A DNA stretch of 64,000 nucleotides from Acanthaster planci. Taxonomy: Eukaryota. Position 1 is the first letter of the stretch; each line of letters opens with the position of its first letter. The translations under genes and the position numbers were made by a program. The notes below the pieces were generated by a model that was not told where the DNA came from, ran no database searches, and saw only the letters and a program-made list of their open reading frames with translations. Shown here piece after piece: positions 45,701 to 60,700 of the stretch. Location of the stretch: contig NW_019091358.1 of the NCBI RefSeq assembly GCF_001949145.1, positions 1,054,961-1,118,960 of the forward strand. Reading direction: 5' to 3'.

Positions 45701-48700
45701 AGTAGTTTATATACCATTTATTACGAAGGAGTTGGATGAATTTCATCCATTTTAGTATATTTTAACCACAGAACATTTTTTCAACTGAAAAAAATCACTA
45801 CCATGGTAAGGAAAATAAAAACAAGAATAAAATTTGTTCTCAAACTACAAGCATTAGTTTCGATTTTGCCACGAGCCTTGAAACTTAATATGCACGGAGT
45901 CTTTAGGGGTTCAATCCTGAAATAAATTGACTTGATGGACAGAATGTCAGAGCTGTTGGTCTCCCGTCACCGACATCGCACAAGCTACATGTTACTTACT
46001 GTATATTGTCTTTGCCCACTGTACTTGGTTTTTGTTCCTGACATAAAATACCAGACCACAGGTGGGGTAGATGCATGCGACCAATACCTTCACTTGTGGC
46101 CCGAAACCATTTTTTTAACCTGTGATTTGGTGCATCAGATTCCAATGCGTCAGTCTTGCCAACTCAGGCCCATGGATTTATGACAGGTGCAAAGATGCCC
46201 TTGGCCATCTTGTATGAACATGAAGCAAATCATAATCAACCAATGTAGGCCCTCGTGAGTCAGCTGCATATAGGCCTACATGTACATGAACATTTTTGAT
46301 TTTCTGAAAATGGCCTGCATGTTTTGTTCAAGTTAATTTTTTTCTGGGAACTTTATGAAGTGAGAGGCTTGGGAAAATAAAACAAAGAAAGTTTTTCATT
46401 CTATTATTTTCTGGAAGTACCGGTACTGGAAGTAACCACGACCAGAATGAAACCATTTCAAGACTGGGGATTAATACATAAAACGAGGGGTTCCAGCAGG
46501 CAAATTTTAAACACTGGTCAAAAGGTCCAGCTAATACGAATGTACATTTTTTGCAACCACCTGCTTGTTTTGTGCAGTGCTAAATACATTTTTGTTTTGT
46601 TTTGTTTTGTTTTGGCTCTGGAAAATAGCCTAAAATTTTAAACATTCACCAGAGGGTGACAGTGACGACTTGCAGCTGTAACCTTGAGTATTGACATCAA
46701 TGGCATTGCCATTTCTCATCAGCCGAACTGAATGATTATTGAATTGAACCATATTCAACTCTTTACTCAAGGCTTAAAACATGAAATTAAGAGTTTTACC
46801 AAGCTGACAGCGCCCTGGCATGTGCTGCATCGGATTTATTCCCCTAGAACATTTATGAGGAATGGCGTCGATCAGAGCCTAACGTGTGCCGAAAGAAGTT
46901 TTGAGGGCAGTGGTTTATGCCTTGTCTCATTGTGACATTGCCTTTTTTTCTTGCATGCCCCTCCATTAGTGGAGACTTGAGCCTGGTACACTTGGCGGAT
47001 GTAGCATGTAGTAGTGGCTCTCCAGTTTGCTAGTTAGCTTCCAGAAGGAAAGTCTGATTAAGTCCATTTCCCTCAAGTGCATCTCACTCGCTGATAATCG
47101 CAACTTGCTAACATGGGGCGTGACTTTGCAAAATGGGAGAAAGGAATTCACCTACGTACGGTACAGTTGAGGACAAACTCTACGTTTCTGATCGCTGCAT
47201 GCAGAATGTTGGATGCTTTTCCACTTGCGTACTTTATGTCTTGTTATAAACTCCTAAGGGGTACTTTATTTCCCTGGTGGGCCCAGGTTGTTTCTCAACT
47301 TTTGACTAAGTTGCTGTAGTTCTCAAAATCATGGTTTTTTTCCAGTGAAGTAATCTCTCACCTTCGAAAACCTACTTCCATAAACAATAAATTCAAATTA
47401 ATGCTTTGTACAATGCAAAGGGAATTTTAAGGGCTAGTTTTTCTTGGTAGAAAGTGCTGATTGTCCAGAATGTTGTCTATATACATGTATTGAGCAAGAT
47501 CTTTGATACTTTTAAGTGGAAATGTAAAACGGCCAATGACACAGTATTTTCTTAGAAATAATTAGCTTTATTTGTGGACTTTGAAACATTGAGCTGTTTT
47601 TTATAAAAAAGGAAGATGCATAGAAACTGGTGGCTACCGACAGCAGCTAGATGTGCAGTCATTTCAGTGTGACTGCAGTGGTTAGCTAATCAAGAATTTG
47701 ATAAGCCTCATTTTTATTCTTGGAAAGTTCACCTGAAATGAAGATCAGGGTATGGTGTCATTGCCCAGATAATCCATGACTCATCTGCCACTCAGAACAG
47801 CCCAGGGGAGGTCAGTTCACGATCAATATTAGATAAATGATGGAAAGAGTAAGTAACGGAACCCCCAACAATATGTGACTTCAGTCTTGATCAATATCAA
47901 ACAATACCAACTCTACTCGCCAATTACACCGCAGTGTACATGTAGTTCGCATTGATTGGTCAATAATCCAGACATCCTGTTTTCAAGAGGGAAATTCATT
48001 CTTCTTTCAACAGTGTGGGACCCTGGTTTTTCAATTTTTTTTTTTACCGTAAGCAGGTTATAAAATGCACCGTCATATCAAAAGGAAGACTCCCGCAAGA
48101 TGTGTGAGGTTTTGACGGGGGCACAATAGAAACCACAAGAGGCTTGTTTTGGGGTGGACGGTATTCAGCCAGACATCCTTTTTTGATTGGCCTTTACTTG
48201 CTTGTCTGCTTCCATTGTCTGTCCTGGTCCGTCAGGGGACCAGCTGACTGTTGGTGACTGTTATTTTCCCACCAGTTGAAACAAGTGAAACGCAATGAGC
48301 TGGGTCAATAATTGCGCTTGGTTTGATAATTTCCTTTGCCGATTCCCATCTTTTTTTTTACTTGGTGACTACAGCTCTGAATTCTTCATAAACATTTACA
48401 GCGTGCTTCAGGCTGACCTTCACATCCCTCCACCCAACACCTTTCTGAATGAAGATTTCAATTTACTATTCTCAGTAAACTGACAATGTTATCTTGAAAC
48501 AGTAGAGTGGCCCATTGTTTTCCAGTATTTCTATGGCACTTTGGACAAATCTTTTCTAAAAGAAAAGTTCTGAAATTTCAAATGTTCCCTCTTTTCCTTG
48601 AAATCTGAAGAGAAATTTTTTTGGAAACTCAGATCCTCGGCTTAATTGTAATATCTTTAGAGCCCTCCTTCCCAAAAAAATGTAGCCCATGGCTGATTGC

Positions 48701-51700
48701 ATCCCAACTTGTCGGTTTTGTGAACAAGGATGTCTAAGTGGGTGCCAGTATATCAGATGCTGATATAAATCTTAAGAGAATCAGTCATCCGTGCAAACAT
48801 CTAAAGGGTCTCAAGGGCCGCATAATTTCATGCATTCCAGGTGTCACTCATTTTTACAATCTCTGTGACTAAACAGGCAATGAAAATTGCCAAGTTTGTC
48901 AAACGTTGTGTCAAAGTTCACCCGAGGACACACCCCACCCTCCTCTCAGCTACTCTCTTCTTGCAAGCCCTTAAGGATAATAAATCAAATTTCATGGCCA
49001 TTTGGAAGCCCCGAAAAATTCCAGATGTCAAGACAAACTGTGTATGAGTTTACCTCTGTTAAACTTTCCAGTGGCAAAACAGCACCTGTACATCTATTAC
49101 TATAAAATGTTATTTGAATGGGGGGGGTTACAGTGGTTGCCTTTCCAGTGTATGTGTAAGCCAGATGTTTTGAAAGCAAATGGTTAGATTTCGGTTGACG
49201 GGAACAGCTTGAAACATAGCAGTGAATTGCTTGCTTTCATGTACATGTAGCCTTCTTAGTTTCAACAAAGTTTCAGTGAGGCTTTTTTGGTATTTTTCTC
49301 TAATTTTTCAAACTCTAAGTAATCTTTTTTCCTTTTCTGTTGAGGAAACATTGTTGATAGCAGAACTGAATTTTTTTAAAAGTTTGAAATGAGTCGCTGT
49401 GATCCAAATGACAAATTAACTTGAATCTTGCTGCAAGTTCTGCCCTCTTACAACCTGGTGTATATTGCTGTTTCTTATGTACATTTCTTCAGCCGATAAC
49501 AAATGTGAGCTCAACTGCATGCCAAAAGGGAAGAACTTCTACTATCGGCTCGCTGAGAAAGTTGTCGATGGAACGAGATGTGAAGCGGACAAGCTGGATG
49601 TGTGTGTGAATGGTGAATGCATGGTAGGTATCACTTCACTTCGATTTTATGTTATATATTTTCTGTAGGAAATATTTCATATGAGCAATACAGTGCTGTA
49701 GTGGACGGAGGCCTCTAAGAAGCACAGCTTGTAGAGTAGAGACCCCCAGTTATATTTATACATATATGAAATACATGTCAAAAATAAAAAATGCCACATC
49801 AAGACATGCACAGCACAAGTGTGAGAGAGGCTGAAGTTCTCGTCTATAGGCAAGATTTACAACACAGCCTTAAGACTTCATGTACATATACTGGTGGGTC
49901 CCCCCCAAAAAAATTTTTCTAAATCTACAAATCTCTAAATACGAGTATTCAAAATTTCAAAACTTTCCTCCTTTGTGTAGCAGTAGCTTGTAGTTTTCTC
50001 TTGAAAGCGCTTCAGTGGTCATTTCTCCAACGGGTACTTTTTGCATATAAGCAAGATCGCTTGCACTATCCTTGGCATTACACGACCCAGTAGCTATATT
50101 TTAACTGCCCTTGAGTAGATCCAGTGTCTCATGCTGGTATTTGTTTGTTCTCCTTGTGGGTGAGGTGTCAAGCAGGGTTAAATGTCTTGTTCAAGGATCA
50201 TAGGCTCTGGGGTTCCAGACGCCCACAGATGGTCAGCAGCCAAAAAGTTGTAAACTCGCCACATATTTGTCTCCTTGAGGTCCCATTCCGTAGACACACA
50301 AACCAGTCTCTGTCCTGTTGGCCCAAACTATTATGGCCTTACTGCCCGCGCCGGTAAAGGTTTTTAAAGGTAGAGACACTGGCTAGTCAAGTGTGCTCCT
50401 CACTCAGTCTCATTCATGTAGTAACACTCTAGTGGCCAAGATGTTGTTTCACTGAGCTTTGTCTCGCTTGGCAGATTTTCCAAAGGGTGCTTAAGGCAGA
50501 ACAAGTACCAACCAAAATGAAACAAAAAAGGAAACTTGACCACCCCCTCCCAAAAGCTCAGCTGATAACCATTCAAAGACATTGAATACACAAATACACG
50601 GCATGCCATTTTGTTTCTACTAAACAAATATTTAATGTGCTCAGCAAATTTGAGTACTCAGTTGTTCCAAGTGGTCACCCGCACATCACACTTGCAGTAC
50701 AACATATGCCTTGTGAACCAGGAAATTCTACACTGTACATTCATCACTGTTGTGAGAGAAACAAAGCAAACTGATGTCTGCTTACAGCAAAGCCTAACTA
50801 ATTGCTTGATGTGTTTCACACAACACCCATGGACCACATTCCTGAGCGGGTAAACAGTGCACACAAGGGCACTGCGTGATGCCCTCTACAGATTTAAAAC
50901 AAACCATTTTTTCAATGATCATTTTGCCAGACAATGATTCAAACATAACACGTGCAAAACCCATGTTTTCTTGGTAACTACACAATTGCTGGAGCCAGAT
51001 GCAACCTACATGTACAGTTCAATAGGATGACAGCTACTGTTTTTAGTTTCAAGTAATTGGAAGCTCCTTCATAATTATAATGTGTATTTGCCCATTTGTG
51101 TGTCTTTGCCAATGTACATGTATATTTGAATCATGCTCATGCACTGGGGTAAGGTGGCAATTTTTAAAAAATTCTGGCTGACCTCGACCCGCAAATGTTT
51201 ACGCTCTGGAGTTCACACATAATGGGCCGTTTTGTACATTTACATCTTGAGTCTATGTTGCATTGGATGCACTGCATGTGAATGACGTTTTATCTGAGGG
51301 CACATCACTGACTGAGGTTTTTTCCTGTATTGTTCCCTCACACAAGCATGTCCCTGTGCATCTCACGTTTGTGTGGTATTGTGCTTTAAGTACTATCGAT
51401 AAGTACATGTACGTCTGAAATCAGATAATTGTTAGACAGTGCCATGCATGAATTGGTTTGTGGTTGTGGAATGCACACTTTTGCCCTCTGTAAACAATGT
51501 ACATGTACATGTAATATTCCTCAGCACTGCACATGTGGGGGGGGGGCCATTGCTTGTTCTGAGCCCCCCCCCACTCTTTTGAAGTCCGAGTGTTAGGGAA
51601 GTTTAAACAAAAGATAGGGAGGGAGTGTCTTTTTCAAGAGTTTTGTTTACATGCTGATTACTCATATTTACTGACAACCAATAAAGTATGATTGACTTGT

Positions 51701-54700
51701 GCCTACAGTTTTATAATATTAGCTTCATGCTCCCAGTGAGTGCAAGTTGATTCAAATGATGGGGTGGGCGTTATCGCCAACCACTGGATTTGTTTGATAA
51801 ATACCTCTCTGACCACCAGGGCCCAAAGGGTCCCCCTGTGGCCACACAGGAAAAAAAAAACCATTACTCACCTCATTGCAATGCAGTGTTTTTTTCCCCG
51901 ATGACAGTTTCTGTCTTTCGAGAAAAAAAAAAATTAATGAGACATCAAGGGTTTTTATGATGACACTTGATATGATCAGTTCAAGCAAATTTGCTCCTGG
52001 GTGTCTTTTGTGGGCGACAAACCGCAGCCACAACAATTTGGCCAAAGGTCATGTTGTTGGAGGTTCTGTTGCAAATCCAGTCTTAAAAAGAATGTCTAAA
52101 GCCTCTGTAGGGGGCAGTGGAGATACAGGTGGACATAGGAAGTACTATTTTATGATAGGTGGAACAAAGACGGGATTATACTTTTCAAATTGTTAGGATA
52201 GGTTACAAAGGAAACTTAGTTAAAATTTGGGCAATAAATGAAAGTATTCGAAGTGTGGACACATCAAGCAGAAATAGTGATGCGTGTTTGAGAAAGCTAA
52301 AAAGTTATCTTTAGTTGCACATTTTCATGGACTTTTGTCATTCAATTTAAATTGTAAATGACCAAGACTTCCCCCCCTTTCTCAAATCCACAAGGGGTTT
52401 AAGAGGATTTTACTGAAAATGTATCAAGGAAGTTTAGGCATAACTAATACGTTGATTATGGCGCTAGAAGCCCCATAAAAGTGAGGATTGATTACACCAT
52501 TGGTTTAGGTTTACACAAAGTGAGGTAGACATATTTTTTAGGTTCAAAAAGGAACACTTATAGCTGTTGGCCCTCATGTACCGGTATGTCATGCAAAGGG
52601 AGGTAGGTTGATTAGATTTTCAGTTGAGCCAAGAAAGTTGGAGGGGCAGAATTCAAACTGATGACCTTTGCATGAATGCGAGGGCCTGCTACCAATCAAA
52701 CTGTCTGGCTATGTGCAGGTTTTCACCAGGTATGGGGACTTGACTTCTTTCTAGGGATAGTAATCTGAAACAGTAAAAGTATGTGGCTTGAAGGTATTCT
52801 GTAATATTTGCTATTGAAGGAACATTTAGAAGTGCTAAAAATAGCAATCAGAAATGATGTGTCAGCATTTTATTTGGAGTCCAGTATACATGCATATCGG
52901 CATACAAACAATGAATATTTATAAGTGCAATGGACCGGGGTCATCTTGAAATGTCATGTTTTCTTTCCATTGCATTAAAGTTAAACATTTTTTGTGTGTT
53001 GTAACATTGACTGAAATATTGTCATTTGAGTGGCATCTTGCCAACTCCAAAGTATAGTTGAATACCTTCATATATTAAAAGGTCATTGGGACTTGACAGA
53101 TTACCTCGTTATAACAGGGACATTGTATTTTCAGTATTGGGAGGCTAAGAACACAAAGACTTGGGACCTAAAATTTATCTTCTTTTACAAGGGGGACGTT
53201 TTGCATGTAATACCCCTTCGCGCCAGGACGCGGCTAGATACACCGTAAAAATTGAGATCCTCGGCCCGCTTTTCAGCTATTATTCTCGGCCCCCGCTCGA
53301 GCGAACACGGTGAAAGAAGGCAGACCCTGGCTCTTGTATATATGGTAATTGGTCATTGTGTGTAGCCTAGAAATGAAAAGACCGAATTTGCATCATAATC
53401 ACCAGCTTTACAATAGTCCCCACTTTGAAAAGAGGCAACGGGAATGTGGAAGCGTGAGTAGAGCCGCATGCCACCGAACAATCAGCCTTTTCACCGCATA
53501 ATTCAAAGAGTGCAGAGCATGCAGGGCCTCAAACCGAGAATTTGCAGTTTGGCAGGTGGCCTTCGTGGCCAAGTGAGGCTGGAATTCTTGGAGTCGGCTT
53601 TCAGAAAAAATTCCCGGCGCGAAGGGGTTAACGGTGCTCTTATTATTGGTGTTTGAGTTTCAATTGTGTATTTATATCGAAACTGTTCAACTATTTATAG
53701 TAAGTAATGGACTTATTTCACAACTTTCACTCCTGTCAAACTGAGTCATTTTGAAATTTCAAAGGTTTATATGTGTAAACATCTTGGTACATGTAAGTTC
53801 AAGGTTATAGCGCCATCTACAGCAAAATCATTCATAGTGCCAGTCTGCAGTCAAATATGGGTAAAACGTACCCGTACTATGACACATGGCTTTGCACATG
53901 ATTATGTTACATTCTTTGGGCATGCACTTTATGCCATATATTGGTTGGAGTATTTTATGTCATATGATCTGTAATTCACCAATCGCGTGACAAGGATTTA
54001 TGGGGGTATTGTATAATATGACTTAATCAATTTCATTTGAACAGTCAGCTCTGTTGATTCTTATTTCCTTCTGCATCTTTCAGCAAATACTGAACAGCTG
54101 CCCTGCACATTCATCGCCATCCATTTTTCCCCAGCGTTTTCTTGCAATTTGCTTTCTTGCAGAAAGTGGGCTGCGACAACATGCTTGGCTCCGACGCTCG
54201 GGAGGACATTTGCCGCGAGTGCAACGGAAACGGCTCCTCGTGCAAGACGATCAGCGGGGCCTTCGGGCGGAAGAAGCTGCCATTTGGTAGGCTGTCCATA
54301 AACATTGTCGTTGAAACATGTCCAAAGAAGGTTGCTTGTTTCACGAAAGCCATTCCAAAGTTTAAAGGGTGTTAAAAGAAATCGTTTGAGGGAACCAACT
54401 GAAAAAGTTGAGTTCATGAGCTTCATCAAAACTTCCAGGTTTGTTCCTCAATAACCGTTGAAGTATGTGCCGTGACAGTTGTTGAAAATTTGAAAACAAA
54501 CTTTCTCGAAACTCTACCATTTTACACTGTTGTATCGTTTTGCGCATGTGTACCCAACTTTAATGTGTTCACCCAAGCAGTGAACGGAATGCCCGAAGGA
54601 GAGAGAGCCACACTGTCTAATTTTTCACCAATGAAGGAGTACTTTATGTCTGGAGTGTCTTCCCAAGACCTGATTCTCTGCTTGATTCTTTTCTTCATTT

Positions 54701-57700
54701 TTAGGTTACAATGACATCCTTGTGCTACCAGCTGGCGCCGTGAACATTCATGTTGCTGAGGTCCAGCCATCCAATAACTTCTTGGGTCAGTTGAATTTCT
54801 CAACAATTTCCCATATTTTTGTTTCTACTTTGCTAGAGGGCCAACGCAAGCTGCAGATTTGCCTAGCCCCAGCCCTTTCACGTTTCAATCATACTGTGTT
54901 TTGTGATCTCAAAGAATGAGTCTGCAACAAAAATACACATCCATGCACTGTGCTGGCGTATATGCCTGTACACTACATATTCAATTTGTGGGTTTGGAAC
55001 ACAAAAACGGACAGTAGAGAGTCCACGGTTGGATGAGGGTCTGTGATTGCAAAACCATGCTCGGATGCTCTGGCAGCCTCTTGCAAAGCGTTGCGTAGGA
55101 ATATTAGGTAGGACGACAAATAGGTGGTCCATGATTGAAGGTGAAGGGGTCCACATAATGCAAGGTGTGTGAGCCTTGTGTGGACCAAGCCAGGTCCACA
55201 TAAAGGTCACCAACTGTCTGAAAAACAGTTTGGGGTTAGGGTTATTCATAGCAACAGGAAGGCGAGCAGTTGAGGAAACACTCACAAATCCAGCTGAAAG
55301 GAGTGTTCCCAGTGCAAGGAAATTTAGTATTTTCACTGAGATTTCTTTGAGAAACAAAGCAAAGGAATTTCCGCGTAAGGTAAATAATTTTGCATGCATG
55401 TAAACGTATTTGTGTGGGGGGAATCATGTTATATTCTGACTGAGGACAGCAACTCAAGGAAACAACCAAGGACTCATTCTTGTGCTTAAGATCTTTTGTT
55501 GAAACTAGTCCTTGGATATATAATGTGCTAAACACAGTGTTATACAGCAGGTGTACCAGCATAGGTACATGTACACATTACAGACCTGCCCTTTGTGATA
55601 AGAGTCAATTAAGAGAAGTTACTACCAGTATGAACTCAGGAATTTGGCAAAAAAGCACAGCTTTGTCTGTACTGTAAAATGAGAGGAAGTTTAAAAAATT
55701 CCAAGAAAACCTCAGTTAAAGAATTGTCTCTGTGTCTTTCGGACGTTTGCATTTTTAAAAATTTTTGCACGAAGTTACGTTCATCAGGTTATTGATAAAG
55801 TACTTGGAATTGTGTTAGAAATGGACATTTTCAGTTCAATGAAAAGTTTGACGATCTGCTTCAGAATCCCAGTAAGTTCCTGAATCATTGAAAGACCCAT
55901 TTGGAGCAATATCAGAGAGGCTTAATGACTGAGGCGGGACTTGGTTTGTGGGGAAGAAACTCCCCAAACAACAAGCATTACCTTGCTGTCTGGTTTTATC
56001 TGTAACCGATTTCCTCCAAAGTCTGCAGCTTATGTCTTTTACACTTAAATAATCACAGCATAATCAACAAAACACATGCTGCTTGAAACACTATGGTTAT
56101 AAAAGTCCATGAGATTGCTGTTGTGGGGGTGTTTTTTTCATCTGTTGCGAGATCTCTGAAGGACATGTTCTGCACGCTACAATGTAAAATTTGAAGTTTT
56201 ACTGAAACTAGCCCGCCACAGTTTTTCCGTTTGTGGGCGATCCATTTAAGTAGTGATTAATACAACAGTAAGAGTTACGCCATCGGCAACGGGATAAAAA
56301 TAGCCAATGCCTGTCAGCTTGAACTTGACATTGTAATGGGTGATTATCTTGCCACCTGTTGTGTTGAATGGAATGTAGAGCCTGGAAGCGTGCATCCAGG
56401 CTTGTGCGGTTTCGATCTAACCTTGGGCTTTAATAATGGAAGAGTGAGATGCATACCGGCAAGTTTCATTACTGACTTGTCAGCATTATTTTCTTGGGTG
56501 ACTGATAGGTTTAGTACATGCTCTGGTAGGTGTGGATCATGTTAGGGCAGATGAGGCCTCATTTTTGCAGTGGATGTGATATGAACACAAACTCAATCAG
56601 GGCTTGTTAACTTGAAAAGTTGACATCCCTCCGCCACCTGGGAATTCCCGAGCTGCTCTGCTGAATGCAGTGTTTTGACATTCATTCTTTCCAAAAAAAA
56701 AAAATCAAGCCCAATTGAAGTCCTGGATCCACCAATGATAAAGCAAATGTAGTTGTTTAATTTTAGAAAGTGTAATAGTAGTGGAGACCAGGGACGTTTA
56801 CTCAAAGAAGACAGTTTACAACATGTAAATATATGGGACCCTCTTATTGAATATCCTGGTGCTTCTAGGAATTGGGTTGGCGAATGTACATGTACATTTA
56901 AAAATGATTTACACTTTCATCATAAGTGTTCTTCCTTTCGAGCACAGATATGCTGTCACCTAACTCTCCCTGGTAGCTTCTACCAGCTTTCAGGTCGTCT
57001 AGCACTGATTTTGATAGTTTGCCCCTCAGCCTTGTTCCCTTTCAAATCTTCCCTCCATCAACTCTGTAAACTACCTGTCACCTCACAAAATAATATCTAT
57101 GGTCCATCCACTATTTTTCTTTACACTGTATGGAAGGTTTTGCTAGCACTGGTGCTGGCAGAATTTTTCCTCAGAAGGCAGCACTGGTGCTGGAAATCGG
57201 AAATCTGATTTACTGGTATACATGCTTTTAAATAAACAACTATATGTACCGATACATACATGTATTTTGAACAAGCTGATCTTACCTCCAAAAACGTTTT
57301 GACATTGAGACCATAAAATGGGGTTCCTGCAATTTTTGTGTAGTAGCAAGTTACCAAAACAAGTTATACAGCTCAATGCGAAGAGAGGGCAGAATACGGG
57401 CATTTTGCAATAGTACGTCTCCAAGAGTTTGCAGTGCGTTGGCCAATCACAGTGTGCGAAATTTGTCAACCCAATGCGCATTTGGAAAGGGTGGACAGAT
57501 TTGATTGGCCAACGCGTTTCAAACTCTTGGAGGTGCACTATTGTGAACCACTCATTTTGGAGCTAGGAAATGACAGCAGATTTTCTTTTCAACAGAAAAG
57601 TGCTGAGGGCCTCTTTCTTTTGAGAAAACTAAAACGTAGACTACAGGTGACATTTTTGTTTATTTCTCCTCCCAGCTCTGCGCAATGCAAATGGACAGTA

Positions 57701-60700
57701 CTACATCAATGGCAACTTCACCATTGACTTTCCCCAACCCTTCGAAGTGGCCGACACGGTGGTTTACTATGAGAGGAAATTTGGCGCCCCATTTTACGGA
57801 GCTGAAGCCTTGCGTGCCCTCGGCCCCATCACTGAGCCACTGTTTGTTGTGGTAGGCATTGCTCAATTCTTTTTAAAACATTGTCTGAGGCCTAACAGGA
57901 ACTCAGTTTGCTAGTATTAATTATTGGTTTCACAATCCAGCCATTTGTTAAAAATCAGCAGGTAGCTGAAAATGTACTCATTTTTTAATTACATAATGAT
58001 TAAATTGCAGTAATTTGTAAATATGTATCGGAAAAACCATCAACTATTTTTATGTTGACAGTTGACCATACAGCAGTCCTTAAAAGAAGTAGGGAAGAGA
58101 AAGCTGCCTTTCCCCAATTATAACCTTTTAACAACAGGTGACGAGACTATCTTCCAAAATTAACCTGAAAAAAAAATGGAACGGTTCTCCCATTTATGAT
58201 CGAAAAAAGTCCAAGAAATGGGCTTCCACAAGTCCCTTTTTTGCCAATTTCAGAAACACTCATTATGTATTAATGATATGCTGATGACCCCCAAACATCA
58301 CAGGGAGATACGGCTGTAAACACGGTGCGTCTTCACGTGCAAGTCTTGTAGTAGAGGCTTTCTCAAAATGCAGTGTTCTCGGGCGATTCTTGACTGCTAC
58401 GTTGATTGTTCCATACATCAAGTTTAAGTGCATGATTGGTTGTGTTTTTGTCACAAAATCAAACATACCCTGGTCTTGTACAGCTTGGACAGGAATCTCG
58501 TACATGTACATTGAGACTTTGTCTCGCGGTTTCCATGCAATAATGCCACTCGATCGTTCCCGGACAACGCATTAAGGGTAGATTTTAAACCTTCCTGGTT
58601 GTCGTAGAGAAGTAATATGCCAAGGATTTTGGAGGATTGCTTCTACAAATAACCAGTGTCTGCAAAAGCACTTCCAATTTAGAAAAGCGATGCAAGCCTC
58701 GGCGACTGCTTGTGTTGTGTTGGAGCTGCCGGTGTATGGTGCTGTGCTGCTGGACCACGGTCAGGTTTAGGACCGCAGCAGCATCCCTGCCACACTGACA
58801 GGTTCTGTGCTGTCATCCTTATTCATGCCTGCCTGCTGTGTCTTTCTCCCTGTTAGATCGTCAACCCAACACAAACACAAAATTCAACCTCTCATGTTTC
58901 TGAAATTGGCCCTGTTGGTTGTGGACTGAAATTGGCTCTTTTTTCTTTCGTTTTGATTTTCGGAAGATAAATATAATGTATACTGGTTCCTGAGTGGCCA
59001 ATCTACCTCCAAAACCTTTGATGTTGCATTATTTGAAGCCTTTTCCCAACATTTACCTCTTTTGGTATTGAAAGGGTGAACTTCAAAAGGGCATTTTGGT
59101 GCCAGTTTCAGATTTTTCGCGGTACAGATGAAGGGTATTTTATAGTACCTAGCTTCACAATTAGGCTAGGCACTGGGAACACTGATCATTCAAGGGGCCT
59201 GAATTTCTTGCCTTAAGGCAAAAGTTCCTGACTTGTGTGCTGCACAGTTTGGTAAAGAGGCTTTTGCCCAAAGCCTTTAGATAATTAGCCATGAAATGAG
59301 ATTGAAATTGCTGGGATGTGTTTTTTTGCCAAAAAAGTGTGGCTTCTTAGAGTTTCAATCAGTCGGATTTTGAGACATTTTAGCTTGCCTTTTGTAAGAT
59401 TAGCATAGCGTTTCTGAGAGAACACATTCCTTATTTAAAAGTTCTTTAAAGCCCCGGTATCTCACAGCATTTTAGCCTTGTCATTGTTATATGTACAGTC
59501 CCTGGATGCTCCATGGATTTCTCCCATTACAGGGTTTCATCTAGGATTGAAATACCAATATCTACCTGTCTCTTTCCAGCCAAGGTTAAAAACTATCCAT
59601 CCACTCCCAGTTATGTTGTGGAATTCAATCCCTTAGAGGCTACTTGCGGTCATTTTTCCACTCTACCCAGTGTTCTGAAGAAAATGTGAAGATTTGTTCG
59701 CTTGTGATAAAGATTTGTGGGAAAACAAATGGGGATCAGAAAACTGCCTATCAAAGATTTGTTTTTGCCTGTCCACAGGAACGGGTGGACAGGTGGGTAG
59801 ATGAGAAATGGCCCCCAGACTTTGAAAATGGACGCTGATTTCTTGGAGTCTTAAACATAAACTAGGATCACATTTAAGGAAGGTATGGCAGCTGTTGCGG
59901 AAACTCGTGAAGGCGAAAGCTGGCTCTTGTTTTCGGGGAGTCGTCAAGCAAGTCTTGCGATATCATGCTGGCCCCCACCCGCAGGAAGGAACAAGTTTGT
60001 CATCCAAGACAAGAGCCGGACATATTCGATTTATGACAATTGATAACTTCCCCCTTAGGCACAAAACGCTTCAGGCGTGGTGAAATCTTACATTTCACAG
60101 ACCCATGAAAAATGGTTACATAAACTGAAAAAATTACATGTACACTGGAATGTTATCCATCTGTTTAATGATTACAAATATTGATAAATTCTCTTGAACA
60201 TTTAGAGTTTTTGCATGGTATTCCCCCCCCCAAAAAACCTGCTAGTTTAAACTTGGACTAAATGCGTTTTTATCATGGATAAAAAAAGGACGCCTCATAA
60301 TTTGATAAAGCATGCATACCAGTAATCTGTGTTTTGTCCATATCAGATCAACATATGGCCGATGAATTGATTGTGTGTAGCGCTCAAATCTTGTTGTCTG
60401 AAATAGAAACCTGTGTCAAATTACCATGGAGCCTAGGGCCCCCTAGTAGGGGGATGCAATATCTCATTGACATTGTTACATTGGGATCATCTTACGCTCC
60501 AGTGCCACTCAAGATCCCAACTAGAAACGCTCTTTGAGTGTGATTGGATTGAGATTGTTGTCAGGGCAGGGCAGGTGAACCCGAGGTATCTGTCATCATG
60601 GCTCAACTTTCGTCTGCGCTTGTGGACCGAAGATCAACTTGTTGAACTCTGGTGTTGAGATGGGCTTGCTCGTTAAAAAAGCAGGATATATGCTTTTTTT

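Noticed and set aside
54878..55399. 173-aa minus-strand ORF (and similar 130-150 aa ORFs at 2027, 10595, 56753, 61290)
   Set aside because: Intronic, with no domain motifs or consistent splice structure; within chance expectation when non-ATG starts are allowed.
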